Positions 28,567 to 38,033 of a stretch of DNA of 64,000 nt are shown in pieces; the stretch's first letter is position 1; every line of letters starts with the position of its first letter. Location: contig JAMQPI010000675.1 of the NCBI GenBank assembly GCA_023717565.1, forward strand, positions 658 to 64,657, in the 5' to 3' direction. The position numbers and the translations under genes are program-made. The notes under the pieces are model-generated. The model worked only from the letters and a program-made list of their open reading frames with translations. It had not been told where the DNA came from and ran no database searches. The stretch comes from Pyrinomonadaceae bacterium (lineage in GTDB: Bacteria; Acidobacteriota; Blastocatellia; Pyrinomonadales; Pyrinomonadaceae).

Positions 28567-30059
28567 GCGCTCCCCTGGGCCTTTCTCTTCTCTTCTACAA
28601 AAGCCATAACCGCGCGAGCGGCGCGCTCGCCACACGAACCATCCAGGTATCCACACACATACTCAGCGATGGATCGCCTTTTCTCTCTGTGTAGTTCCGG
28701 CTTCACCAGATAAGTCTTTATGGCGTTCACGAGCTCGGCGAAATCATTCACCAGCCACACGCCCCCGGATTCAGCGACCGGTTTGAAGTGGGTCCAAAGA
28801 TGGTTGATCTCTTTGATGAGCGACTGATGCGGTTGTCCCGGCGCGGGGTCAAAGTCGAGGTTTATTACCGGACGATCAAAAATCGCCGCATCTATGGTTA
28901 CCGTGGAAGAGAGATTAACCACCACGTCGGCGTGACGAAAGGTGTTGACCCACTCGACAATCTGATTCTGATCCTGGAAACGCTCCGTAACCGAAGCGCC
29001 CGCGACCCCGGTCTGCTGCACTACCACTCGCGAACCGAATTTGCCAAACAACTCGTGCAGTTCGTGATTGTCATGGATAGGATGGGGGCGAACGAGCAAC
29101 TGAATGTCTTTCAGTTCGCCACGCGCTACCAGGTCCGCGACGTGAAGTGCTCCTGGCGTCTCAACGAGAAAATTGGGCGAACCGAGTGCATACACGACGA
29201 TCGGCAGATCGGGTCGCAGGCCCTGACTCTGACAAAACGCTTCGCGTGATCGGTGAAAGCGCTCCTGAAAGAAGAGGTCAAATTGCGGTGCCCCGACAAC
29301 GTGGACCGGGGCGTTCCGAGTAGCTGGATAAAACTGGTGCAACTCGCGACGAGCCGCCTCAGACCACACTAGGTAGCCGTCATGTTTAAAAAGCATCCGA
29401 TTCTTAGTCGAGAGGTTGTCCCAGGAAGGAATCAGCGCGAGAGTTGAAATTCCTTCTCTCTTCGCAGCTGCTACCACCGCGGGCTCGGTAAACCAGAAAG
29501 GATTGGTGCAAAGCAAAACATCTGGAGCGTTGAGTTTGAATCGCCTCGTCGCTTCCGGGCTGCGCTCATATGCCCGCAGGCGTCGCTCAAGCCAACCCTC
29601 GAAAGCACGCTCAACCCGCAACGCAGCCAGTATCCGGGCTGGTGTCTTTAGAGCACGCACATAAGGATGGGCGTTGCGGTCTCTGATGTGACGCATCATG
29701 CTCAGTCGACTGGGGGGTCTTTGCCTAAAGTCCCAGGCATACTCGTTGAGCCGGCGCAGGTAGTTATGAGGAAACTCGCGAAAAGCCAACACATCGGGAA
29801 ACTCCGAGATCTGCGCGCGCGAGTGTTTCCAGGCTTCATAGAACTTAGGATTGCTTGCAGAGGTGGCCCACACATCGACCGGTCCAGACTCGCTGAGTGC
29901 ATCAATGAATCCGCTATGAAGCAACATGCGGTCGGTAAGCAGTGACGACGACAGCACTAGACACCCTCTCGCCACCTCACGGGCGCCGTCCACCTGGTCC
30001 GGCTCAACCAGACCCCGGGTTTCCAGACAGGCTTCGACTTGTTCGATTTGAGTTACCAA
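28563..30059 (-). CDS. GT-B fold transferase (CDP-glycerol glycerophosphotransferase-like; candidate nonulosonate transferase), paralog 2
   Basis: PSWDNL, YLVW, VVGAPQFD, VRPHP, STVTID..FDRPVIN. Confidence 0.6.
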   Translation of the reverse strand: MVTQIEQVEACLETRGLVEPDQVDGAREVARGCLVLSSSLLTDRMLLHSGFIDALSESGPVDVWATSASNPKFYEAWKHSRAQISEFPDVLAFREFPHNYLRRLNEYAWDFRQRPPSRLSMMRHIRDRNAHPYVRALKTPARILAALRVERAFEGWLERRLRAYERSPEATRRFKLNAPDVLLCTNPFWFTEPAVVAAAKREGISTLALIPSWDNLSTKNRMLFKHDGYLVWSEAARRELHQFYPATRNAPVHVVGAPQFDLFFQERFHRSREAFCQSQGLRPDLPIVVYALGSPNFLVETPGALHVADLVARGELKDIQLLVRPHPIHDNHELHELFGKFGSRVVVQQTGVAGASVTERFQDQNQIVEWVNTFRHADVVVNLSSTVTIDAAIFDRPVINLDFDPAPGQPHQSLIKEINHLWTHFKPVAESGGVWLVNDFAELVNAIKTYLVKPELHREKRRSIAEYVCGYLDGSCGERAARAVMAFVEEKRKAQGSA

Positions 30060-30064
30060 TTAAT

Positions 30065-30985
30065 TCATGCCTTGCGTCCGGCTATGGCGAACGCCTGATC
30101 GCTATCCAGCGGTAAGCTGAAGTTAGATCCGCGCAACATGAACTCCTCTGACTGGGAAGCCGGTGACGTGAACATTGCGGTGTACATCACTCGAGCCCGC
30201 TCTCGCGCCAAACCGCCACGGTGATAACCACGCGTGTCCGCGAAGATGAGTGTGCCTTTTGGTCCAATGCCGCTGAACCATGCTTCACGCGGAACCACCT
30301 CGACCATCTGTGCGTCGGTGCTTCGCTTGACGTTGCCCTCCAAGGAGTAGGCAGCTTCGCGTCGCAACTGTCCTTTGGGATGACTGCCCCGTGCATACAT
30401 GAACGGTCCGGCGCCTTCGTCAACGTCCGAGAGGTAGAGAAAGACTTTGACGATCAAGTAGTCCTCCCGATCTCGATGCCAGAGCTGTGATTCACGAGCC
30501 TCGATGCTGGTGGGAAAGGTATGCCACACATTGTAGTAGCGCAGCCGTGAACGCATTCCCAAATAGCCATTTGCGATACCAAGGATGTTCTTCTCCAGCG
30601 CAAAGCGTGCGTAGACACTCGCGGGATCGAACTTTGGATTGCGGCCCAAATATTCGAGAATGAACGTCTTCTTACCAATCGCGTCCGGAGCGTCGACTGC
30701 AGCTTGAGCGCCGGCAATCTTATCGCCGGATGAAGCCTGCCAGCCTTCTACCGTCCCACTCAGTTCGCCAAAGCATGAACTCGATGGGAGCAACGCCGCC
30801 ACAGAAGTCATAGCCACTCCTTCACGGCTGAGCGTGTCCAAAACCCGCGCGGCTTCCCCGGACAACGCGTGACGGTTCAACCGATAAGAGAACGTCGGAC
30901 TAAAATTAAACACATAACGCCAGGTAGGGCCGAAGTGCCGTGCAGCCCGAGCCAGCCTGCTTACAGTTTCGTTTCTTATAGACAC
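30065..30985 (-). CDS. 2OG-Fe(II) oxygenase (PhyH-like)
   Basis: SQLWHRD (HxD), KVFLYLSDVD..GPF.Y..GSH, DTRGYHRG. Confidence 0.8.
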   Translation of the reverse strand: MSIRNETVSRLARAARHFGPTWRYVFNFSPTFSYRLNRHALSGEAARVLDTLSREGVAMTSVAALLPSSSCFGELSGTVEGWQASSGDKIAGAQAAVDAPDAIGKKTFILEYLGRNPKFDPASVYARFALEKNILGIANGYLGMRSRLRYYNVWHTFPTSIEARESQLWHRDREDYLIVKVFLYLSDVDEGAGPFMYARGSHPKGQLRREAAYSLEGNVKRSTDAQMVEVVPREAWFSGIGPKGTLIFADTRGYHRGGLARERARVMYTAMFTSPASQSEEFMLRGSNFSLPLDSDQAFAIAGRKA

Positions 30986-31195
30986 GTGTTTGGGACGAAA
31001 AGAGGCGGCGCAGAGGTGACGGTTACAAGACCACGATTCAAGTCAGTTAACGGTGTGTTGCTCTGGTAAGGCAAATCTTAATTCCAGAAATGTGAGCTGG
31101 TAGCCACACGACACTTCGGCGGTTCGCCCATGCGAGCAGTACACCGAGACTTCGTAGACATGTCGCTTTTCGCATGAGGATGGATAACTTGAGTA

Positions 31196-32488
31196 TCAGA
31201 TGCCCTCGACAACACGTTTCGTCGAAACGCTCGTAGGCAGCATTGTTTCAAATGACCGTTTCAAGTCGGGAGTCAGGGTCCAGTCAGATGGCGGGTCTAG
31301 ATACGCCTTGCCAATTCCGTTGACACTTCCAGCGACATCCAGCATCGCCCGCTCGGAGATATGACGCTGTTCATGTCCTAAGGAGTCGTGCCCAATAAAC
31401 TTGAACGAGAGAGTGTACATACCCGGCGCGAGCCATAGCGGGGGAATCTCGACTCTCACTAGATAGCGGCCCGCACTTAACTCGCGGTTAACGACATCAC
31501 TGAGCTTCACCCTCTGGTGGAGGACAGTATGTCCCAGGGAGTCGTTCATGATTAAGAATAGATGACCATAGGCGACATCTCTTGCTACATCCAGCAATGA
31601 TTCAATGAGCAGGCTCCCACCGCCGGACTTCTGGGTCGCCATTCCGTTTGCCTGTCCGTTTATGTTCATTCCCAGCCAGCCAGCACCCTTTGTTAAGGAT
31701 TTTGTGGGCACCTCGGAAACGGTTTGACTGTAACGTGAGAGTCCTTCCAGAACTGGACCGTGAAACTTAACCCTACCGTTGTTTAGCACCACGGTGGTCT
31801 GACAAAGTTCTTTTACCGCCCCCAAGTTATGGCTCACCAGCAGTACGGTTCGTCCATGCGAAGCAACCTTGTCCATCTTACCCAAACATTTCTTCTGAAA
31901 CTCGTGATCGCCTACAGCAAGCACCTCGTCAACGAGTAGGATTTCTGGCTCAAGATGCGCGGCCACCGAAAATGCCAGTCTCAGATGCATCCCGCTTGAG
32001 TAGTGCTTGACGGGCGTATCAATGAATCTGTCAACACCTGCAAAACTGACGATTTCATCAAACTTCCTATCGATCTCCTCGTGCTTCATCCCGAGAATAG
32101 CCCCGCTTAGATAGAGATTCTCCCTACCGGTCAGCTCCTGGTGAAAACCCGTGCCAACCTCGAGCAGGGATCCAATTCGTCCTCGGATTTTGACCTCTCC
32201 CTCGGTAGGCTCGGTGATGCGAGAGAGGATCTTGAGGAAGGTGCTTTTACCGGCGCCGTTGCGACCGATGATGCCCACGACTGAGCCGGTCTTGATCTCG
32301 AGCGTGACATCCTTGAGGGCCCACAAGGTGGCCTCCTCAGCGGAAGAAGGCGCGCCACGCGTCGAGCCCCTGAGCGCTGAGCCGATCTTCCTGGACAACA
32401 CATCCCTCAGAGTGTCGTACTTCTCTCGCTGCACTCCAATCCGATACTTCTTGGAGAGTCCCTCAACTATTATCGCTGGCTCTGTCAT
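31196..32488 (-). CDS. wzt: Polysaccharide ABC transporter ATPase Wzt with C-terminal domain (copy 2)
   Basis: GRNGAGKST, GFHQELTGREN, YSSGM, LVDEVLAVGD, VSH. Confidence 0.9.
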   Translation of the reverse strand: MTEPAIIVEGLSKKYRIGVQREKYDTLRDVLSRKIGSALRGSTRGAPSSAEEATLWALKDVTLEIKTGSVVGIIGRNGAGKSTFLKILSRITEPTEGEVKIRGRIGSLLEVGTGFHQELTGRENLYLSGAILGMKHEEIDRKFDEIVSFAGVDRFIDTPVKHYSSGMHLRLAFSVAAHLEPEILLVDEVLAVGDHEFQKKCLGKMDKVASHGRTVLLVSHNLGAVKELCQTTVVLNNGRVKFHGPVLEGLSRYSQTVSEVPTKSLTKGAGWLGMNINGQANGMATQKSGGGSLLIESLLDVARDVAYGHLFLIMNDSLGHTVLHQRVKLSDVVNRELSAGRYLVRVEIPPLWLAPGMYTLSFKFIGHDSLGHEQRHISERAMLDVAGSVNGIGKAYLDPPSDWTLTPDLKRSFETMLPTSVSTKRVVEGI

Positions 32489-32520
32489 GTTCGAATGGTC
32501 CTCTACTCCCTTTCTTGGGC

Positions 32521-33591
32521 TTAACCCTTAATGTCAGAGGGATCATAAGTAATTCGTTCAGGGCGCCGCCAAAGGTAATGCCGTACGGTCGAATGCTCTT
32601 CCGATTGCCTGACTTTGTGGCGATTCTTCCCACGCGACGACTCTCGCATCACCGCCTGGTGTGCAGCCTCAAGGCCTCCTATGACGCTCAGGTCTCCGCG
32701 ATAAGTCTTGCTCAAGTCGTCGAAGTAGCAATCGGCAACCAGTTGAAAAAACTCGGCCCCGGGCAAGGCACAGAAAACCTCAAAATACCGAGGATCGGGG
32801 GTACTTTCAAACAAATGGGCATTCCAAGCGGCCAAGCCCATCGCAATGTGGTCGTAACGACAAAAGCGATTCTGAGATTGGTAGCATTCCAACAAGCGTC
32901 TCTTCTCTTCCGCCACGGTGGTAATGTCAACGTAGCCATTCACAAATGGCGTGTTGTGAACCTGATACCCCCACACTTCAAAATCTCCAATGCCGCTGCG
33001 TTTATGCGCGAGCCATAGCAAGTGATTTACCAATCGATGTTTCGACGGCCAATCCAATAACCAGGGCGCCATAACAATATCGGGTTTGGTCTCGAGTATG
33101 ATATTCGACAAGCGGTCGACGTCATCAAGCGAAGGTTTGGGAGCCAGATTTGAAATCCCAAGGTTATGTACTTGTGCCCCGAGCTGGGCACACGCCCTCT
33201 CAGCTTCTTGGGCGCGAACGAAGCGCACATTTGCGGGCTGATCGGTCTTCGTTTGAGCCCCATCAGTAATGTATAGAACGTGAATCTTCACACCAGCCTT
33301 GGAGGCTAGGAGAAGCGACCCTCCAGGTCCGATTGATTCGTCATCCTGGTGTGGAGCCAGAACAAGGATTGACTTCAGTTTCTCAACTGGAAGCGGAAGA
33401 GGTTGGACCTCAGATCTAAAGGACTCGACTTCTAGTACGCGCCGCGCCAACTCCATGTCGGAGATTCCCCGCCATTCTCTGACGGCAAAACGGTATGGTC
33501 CACGTTGCGCGCGAAGAGCAAGCAACTCCCTCACAAACGCTCGATGCCGATAGGGGTTGAGCTTCTTGAGCCAGTTAAACATGGATCTCAT
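32521..33591 (-). CDS. PIG-L / LmbE family de-N-acetylase
   Basis: LAPHQDDESIGPGG, ITDG, R.QEA, VDIT...K....Y.SQ. Confidence 0.82.
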   Translation of the reverse strand: MRSMFNWLKKLNPYRHRAFVRELLALRAQRGPYRFAVREWRGISDMELARRVLEVESFRSEVQPLPLPVEKLKSILVLAPHQDDESIGPGGSLLLASKAGVKIHVLYITDGAQTKTDQPANVRFVRAQEAERACAQLGAQVHNLGISNLAPKPSLDDVDRLSNIILETKPDIVMAPWLLDWPSKHRLVNHLLWLAHKRSGIGDFEVWGYQVHNTPFVNGYVDITTVAEEKRRLLECYQSQNRFCRYDHIAMGLAAWNAHLFESTPDPRYFEVFCALPGAEFFQLVADCYFDDLSKTYRGDLSVIGGLEAAHQAVMRESSRGKNRHKVRQSEEHSTVRHYLWRRPERITYDPSDIKG

Positions 33592-33742
33592 TTCTGAAGA
33601 TTGCGGTTTGGGAGGTTGAATGCAAAGCTTCGTTTCAGGCCTTCAATCTCAGCGCGTCATCGAACCGCTAAGATTAGTCGGAAAGTCCGATTGCAACGAC
33701 GGAAAGACATTCACTCTTATGTCAGAGCAACCTGATAGTAGT

Positions 33743-35095
33743 TTAGAGCGCGCCGACAAGCTGATTGCTGGCAACGGGACTCTCACCAGCCAGGCAAATG
33801 GAAGTGACTGAACCGTCAGGCAGAGTCCACTCGTAGGGAATCATCACCGGAAAAGTTTTCTGTACTAGCCCGTGAACAAATTCTCCTTTGAACCCCAATG
33901 CTTCAAGATCGGCAACCACGCTGAACGCTGCAACTTCCTGGGAGTGAACGATCACATCTTTGCCGTCCTTTGTTCGGATCGCCATTTGGATCGTATATTC
34001 CTGGGGTAGCAAGGGTATTGACTTGAAGCTGCAGCAGAGACGCCCCTTACCTTCGATGACGTTTGGTCGACCTCCGTCGATGAGCATATTTGCCGTGAAG
34101 CAAGTCCCGTGAATGCTCCTGACAACTAATAAGATGTAAGGCTGCTGGATTGGCTTCGGCGCATCGAAACTGATCTCAATGTTCAAATCATCGCCCGGAC
34201 TAAAGCAATTAGTCCGTTCTCCATCAGAGTTCTTCACCGCAACGTCTTCAATAATTAACCCATGCTTCTTACTTTCATGCCGGAAACCAACTTCCGATAA
34301 AGCAGAGAGATACGACTCTACGACTTGATAAACATCCCCGTCGGCAACGACGACACCACCTTCCAGAAGCACTGCTCTTTCGCAGAGACCTCTGACCGCT
34401 CCCATGTTGTGACTGACAAACAGGACTGTGCGCCCGCCCTTGGCGACATCTTCCATCTTGCCGAGGCATTTCTTCTGAAATGATGCGTCACCCACCGCAA
34501 GCACTTCATCAACGAGAAGAACTTCGGTTTCAAGATGAGCCGCCACCGAAAAGGCAAGCCGCATATACATCCCGCTCGAGTAACGCTTTACAGGAGTGTC
34601 CATAAATTTTTCGAGCTCTGCGAAGCTGACTATCTCGTCAAGCTTCTTATCGATCTCCACTCGTTTCATGCCCAGAATTGCACTATTCAGGTATATGTTT
34701 TCACGGCCCGTTAGTTCAGGATGAAAACCGGCTCCAACTTCCAGTAGAGACCCCACGCGGCCGCGGATGTCTGCGCAACCACTCGTTGGCTCGGTGATTC
34801 TCGAAAGGATTTTCAGCAACGTGCTTTTGCCTGCGCCATTCCGTCCGATAACCCCAATCACCTCGCCACGCTTCACATCGAAAGAAACATCTTTAAGGGC
34901 CCAAACTTCATTATCGCCAGTGATCACTTTCCCGTTCTGCTTAGCCGAGTGCCTCAAGCTATTCTTGAAAGCTCTGCTGATGCTTTCCCTCAGCGTTTGA
35001 TATCGAGCACTGCTTCCGTTAAGTCGGTAGAACTTTGTAAGGTTCTCGACCCGAATAACAGTGTCTCGACTCAGCAATGCGTCTCCAGTCTTCAC
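33743..35095 (-). CDS. wzt: Polysaccharide ABC transporter ATPase Wzt with C-terminal domain (copy 1)
   Basis: GRNGAGKST, GFHPELTGREN, YSSGMYMRLAF, LVDEVLAVGD, VSH. Confidence 0.9.
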   Translation of the reverse strand: MKTGDALLSRDTVIRVENLTKFYRLNGSSARYQTLRESISRAFKNSLRHSAKQNGKVITGDNEVWALKDVSFDVKRGEVIGVIGRNGAGKSTLLKILSRITEPTSGCADIRGRVGSLLEVGAGFHPELTGRENIYLNSAILGMKRVEIDKKLDEIVSFAELEKFMDTPVKRYSSGMYMRLAFSVAAHLETEVLLVDEVLAVGDASFQKKCLGKMEDVAKGGRTVLFVSHNMGAVRGLCERAVLLEGGVVVADGDVYQVVESYLSALSEVGFRHESKKHGLIIEDVAVKNSDGERTNCFSPGDDLNIEISFDAPKPIQQPYILLVVRSIHGTCFTANMLIDGGRPNVIEGKGRLCCSFKSIPLLPQEYTIQMAIRTKDGKDVIVHSQEVAAFSVVADLEALGFKGEFVHGLVQKTFPVMIPYEWTLPDGSVTSICLAGESPVASNQLVGAL

Positions 35096-35150
35096 AGTTG
35101 ATGTGCTTTGGATCGAACGGCCCGAGGAGCGACCGCAAGTGTCGGGCTAC

Positions 35151-36632
35151 TCAATTTGAATCCGGCTGAGTGCTGTTCATGACTATGGCGCGACCACGGA
35201 AGCTGCTACTTATGTACTCTCCGCAGTCATTGGCCCTTGCTATGTCCACATTGGTGAATCCCTGCACGTCACCAACCGCGCTCAGGAGATTTCGTATTTC
35301 AGTTTCGTTAAAGAACTCGTCCATTTCCGTGTTATGGATCGCTCTCCATTGTCGGAACGACCACTTTGCAGGAAGGCTAAGAAAGTAGCGAAACAGATCC
35401 CCCGATTTGGATTTCAACATCGAGCCCTTTGCTGGCAGTCGATAGAGAAATCTCTTGCATTTATGTTTGTCGGGCACAGTCGATGACGATAGGCTGCTCA
35501 ATATCGCTTCGGCTACCCGCCTGTGAGCGAGGCCATCGATTCGGCCAAACCATTCTCCCACGATGGAGTCGACATTCGCCTTCACTGGTCGGGGCAGTCG
35601 AAACTCGCCGCAAAGGACCGCTTCAAGCGAGCCTTTAAGCTGCTCATAGTTCTCGCACGGTACGCTGACGGATTCCGGCACCGGATAGAAATTGGGAGCA
35701 GGAATCCATTGTGGAGAAAACGCCGGCAATCCGGCCAGGCTGGCCTCAATCGCCGTCGTGCAGCTTCTTTGGATTATTGCTGATGCCGCGAGGATCCATG
35801 GGGCGACATATCGTGAGTTCGATAAATGAATGTTGGGTTCTCTAAGTTTTTCGCGGTATGTGTCTACTCTTTCTTCAGGGTGTGGCCGCAGAATCACGTC
35901 GATGTCTGGAAAGTCTGCCGCCAATTGATTGGCCAGAGCGGACATGCTATCGATGGCTTCGAGCTCGTTGTTATACCAGCGGAGAACTTCTTCTCGGGCA
36001 AAACCATAAGTAGCGACGTAATTGTCGATTACAGTTGGATAAGGAACCCCTTCCAGGTTGGCCGTAGTAAAGTTCGTATTAATCAGGACCGATTTGCGCT
36101 TTGCCCCATTCGATCCATTTGTCGGTTTTCGATAGACTGACGCGAGCGGCTCGGCATAGTAGTCAAACCGCGGACAACCGGTGACGTAAGCTTGCTCTTG
36201 CGTAAAAACTCGGTCATTGACAGTGTGATCGGCCACCTTAGGTCCCCAAAAGCAAATGCAGTTTGCTTTGCTCGTTAACCCTCGATCGCTCCACAGAGTC
36301 TGCTTGTACTCCTCAAGCGAGGACCAGACCACGCCTTCGGTGTCGAGAAGCCCAAACTGAATTCCCGCATCTACAAACTGCCGCGTTTGCCTGGCTTGAA
36401 AGGGGCGCATTACGGGAAGGAGCACGAAGTCGGGTGCCAGCGCCCAGACTTCATTGCGGCCCTCGCGATAAGGAATTAGATAGCAAGTGGCCCCTCGCCT
36501 GCAGAGTTCCCAGGCGGTGAGCACTATGCCGGGAAGATCTCTAGTGTGGTTTGCTACAAAGAGGGCGATCCTGGGCTTGTTCATATGTAAGACGTTGACT
36601 CCTGGTTCTCGTCCGCGCTCTCGATGATTCAT
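35151..36632 (-). CDS. Surface carbohydrate biosynthesis protein (GT-B-like, TIGR04396-type)
   Basis: RDL, LDTEG, WG, VTGCPRFD, LINTNF, LRPHPEE, CTTAIEA. Confidence 0.65.
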   Translation of the reverse strand: MNHRERGREPGVNVLHMNKPRIALFVANHTRDLPGIVLTAWELCRRGATCYLIPYREGRNEVWALAPDFVLLPVMRPFQARQTRQFVDAGIQFGLLDTEGVVWSSLEEYKQTLWSDRGLTSKANCICFWGPKVADHTVNDRVFTQEQAYVTGCPRFDYYAEPLASVYRKPTNGSNGAKRKSVLINTNFTTANLEGVPYPTVIDNYVATYGFAREEVLRWYNNELEAIDSMSALANQLAADFPDIDVILRPHPEERVDTYREKLREPNIHLSNSRYVAPWILAASAIIQRSCTTAIEASLAGLPAFSPQWIPAPNFYPVPESVSVPCENYEQLKGSLEAVLCGEFRLPRPVKANVDSIVGEWFGRIDGLAHRRVAEAILSSLSSSTVPDKHKCKRFLYRLPAKGSMLKSKSGDLFRYFLSLPAKWSFRQWRAIHNTEMDEFFNETEIRNLLSAVGDVQGFTNVDIARANDCGEYISSSFRGRAIVMNSTQPDSN

Positions 36633-37957
36633 GCTGCAGCTTTGTTGTAATCAAAGATTTCAGCGACCCTGAGATACGCAGCGCGCCCAATTTCGATCTG
36701 TTGATGAGCTGCACTCAATAGTGGGACGCGAGCCTCCTCGGCCGAACGCCAGGCCCGTTCAACAGCTTTCACAAACTCGTTTTCAAGCGCCGGTCCGTCC
36801 AGGGATACGATCTCTACACCGGTCCCAAACTGATGGTCTAGGCCCAGGAACTTATCTAAACAGTATTGGGACTTCGTCAGACCCACAACGGGGATTCCCT
36901 GTGAAAGCGCAAAGACAGCTGCGTGATAGGCTGCGGTGACAACTATGCGACAGCGGCCTACCTGATGAATTACTTGCAAGGGTGTGTCAAGATCTCTGCC
37001 GTTATCTTCAAAGCTCTCGATTCCTGAGAGCAGTCGTGCAATATCCCTGGCGTCTTTGAAATCCGGATAACGAGAGATCGGAACAGGCAGCAGTGGCGCG
37101 GCAAACTTAGTGGCTAGCTGCTCGAACAATGGCCGTAGTCGACTGATCACATCCTGACCGATTCCAGTGTGCTCGGCGAGACGCAGGTTGACTCCGATGG
37201 CGCCTCCGACGGATCCAGTCCGCGCCTCGTATGCAAGTTCGATCGCGTCGTCGCCGGTGTTGAGAATTCGATCTGGACCGACCTTCATCTCACGCAGCAA
37301 CACAGGACCGAATTTCCCTTCTCGAACCGCAATCAGATCCGCTCGGCGTAATACATCCGCTGCTTTGTCCATCAGCTCCGCGTTCCCCATCGGTCCAATC
37401 CCCTGGCTGAACAGGGCTGTGTGCTTGCCACTTCTCACTGCCATCTCCACAAATCCAAGTACTTCCAATGCGTGCTTTCTGAACATGTCATTTATGCCCC
37501 CTTGCCCGCAGAGCACTATCAAATCAGCCTCACGCACCGCTCTGAGAAATTCAAGCACGCTCGCATTCGTAACGCCTGACACTCTCACCTTAACTCGAAC
37601 CATTGTCTCGACAATTTCGGGCCACCGACGGCGAAGGGCGCTGGTAACTTTAACGATTTGCCTGGAAGCTGATTCGGGCAGCGAATGTTGTACTCGACCC
37701 AGTAGGTACTGTTCGGCAAACCATAGTTGCATTCCTTCTCGCGGCACAGCTTTGGCCGGCGCGACCTCTTTTTCGAGAGTCTGCGCATTCGATGTAATAA
37801 CTCCGATTGTTGAGTTCGGAAAAAGCCTGCTCAACCTCCCGACAGTAACTTGCAGCATCGCAAGATCACCCATGTTCGAGCAGCGGTAGTCTCCGGAATC
37901 GATCAGAATGCGCATAATCCTGGGAGACTGTGGCGGTTGAGAGTGTGAATCTTTCAA
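36629..37957 (-). CDS. Polysaccharide pyruvyl transferase family protein
   Basis: NMGDLAM, GQGG, SQGIGP, AVRE, GDDA, YHAAVFALSQGIP. Confidence 0.8.
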   Translation of the reverse strand: MKDSHSQPPQSPRIMRILIDSGDYRCSNMGDLAMLQVTVGRLSRLFPNSTIGVITSNAQTLEKEVAPAKAVPREGMQLWFAEQYLLGRVQHSLPESASRQIVKVTSALRRRWPEIVETMVRVKVRVSGVTNASVLEFLRAVREADLIVLCGQGGINDMFRKHALEVLGFVEMAVRSGKHTALFSQGIGPMGNAELMDKAADVLRRADLIAVREGKFGPVLLREMKVGPDRILNTGDDAIELAYEARTGSVGGAIGVNLRLAEHTGIGQDVISRLRPLFEQLATKFAAPLLPVPISRYPDFKDARDIARLLSGIESFEDNGRDLDTPLQVIHQVGRCRIVVTAAYHAAVFALSQGIPVVGLTKSQYCLDKFLGLDHQFGTGVEIVSLDGPALENEFVKAVERAWRSAEEARVPLLSAAHQQIEIGRAAYLRVAEIFDYNKAAA

Positions 37958-38033
37958 TGAGAACCAACGATTGCGGGTTTGACGATGACGCTGTCTGAAA
38001 TGTCGACGGACCGAGACTGATCAGAGACGGTAG

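Noticed and set aside
30986..31195. Small ORFs or stop read-through after wzt copy 2 (Cys/His-containing frame)
   Set aside because: No convincing RBS, precursor motif or SECIS-like evidence; likely chance.
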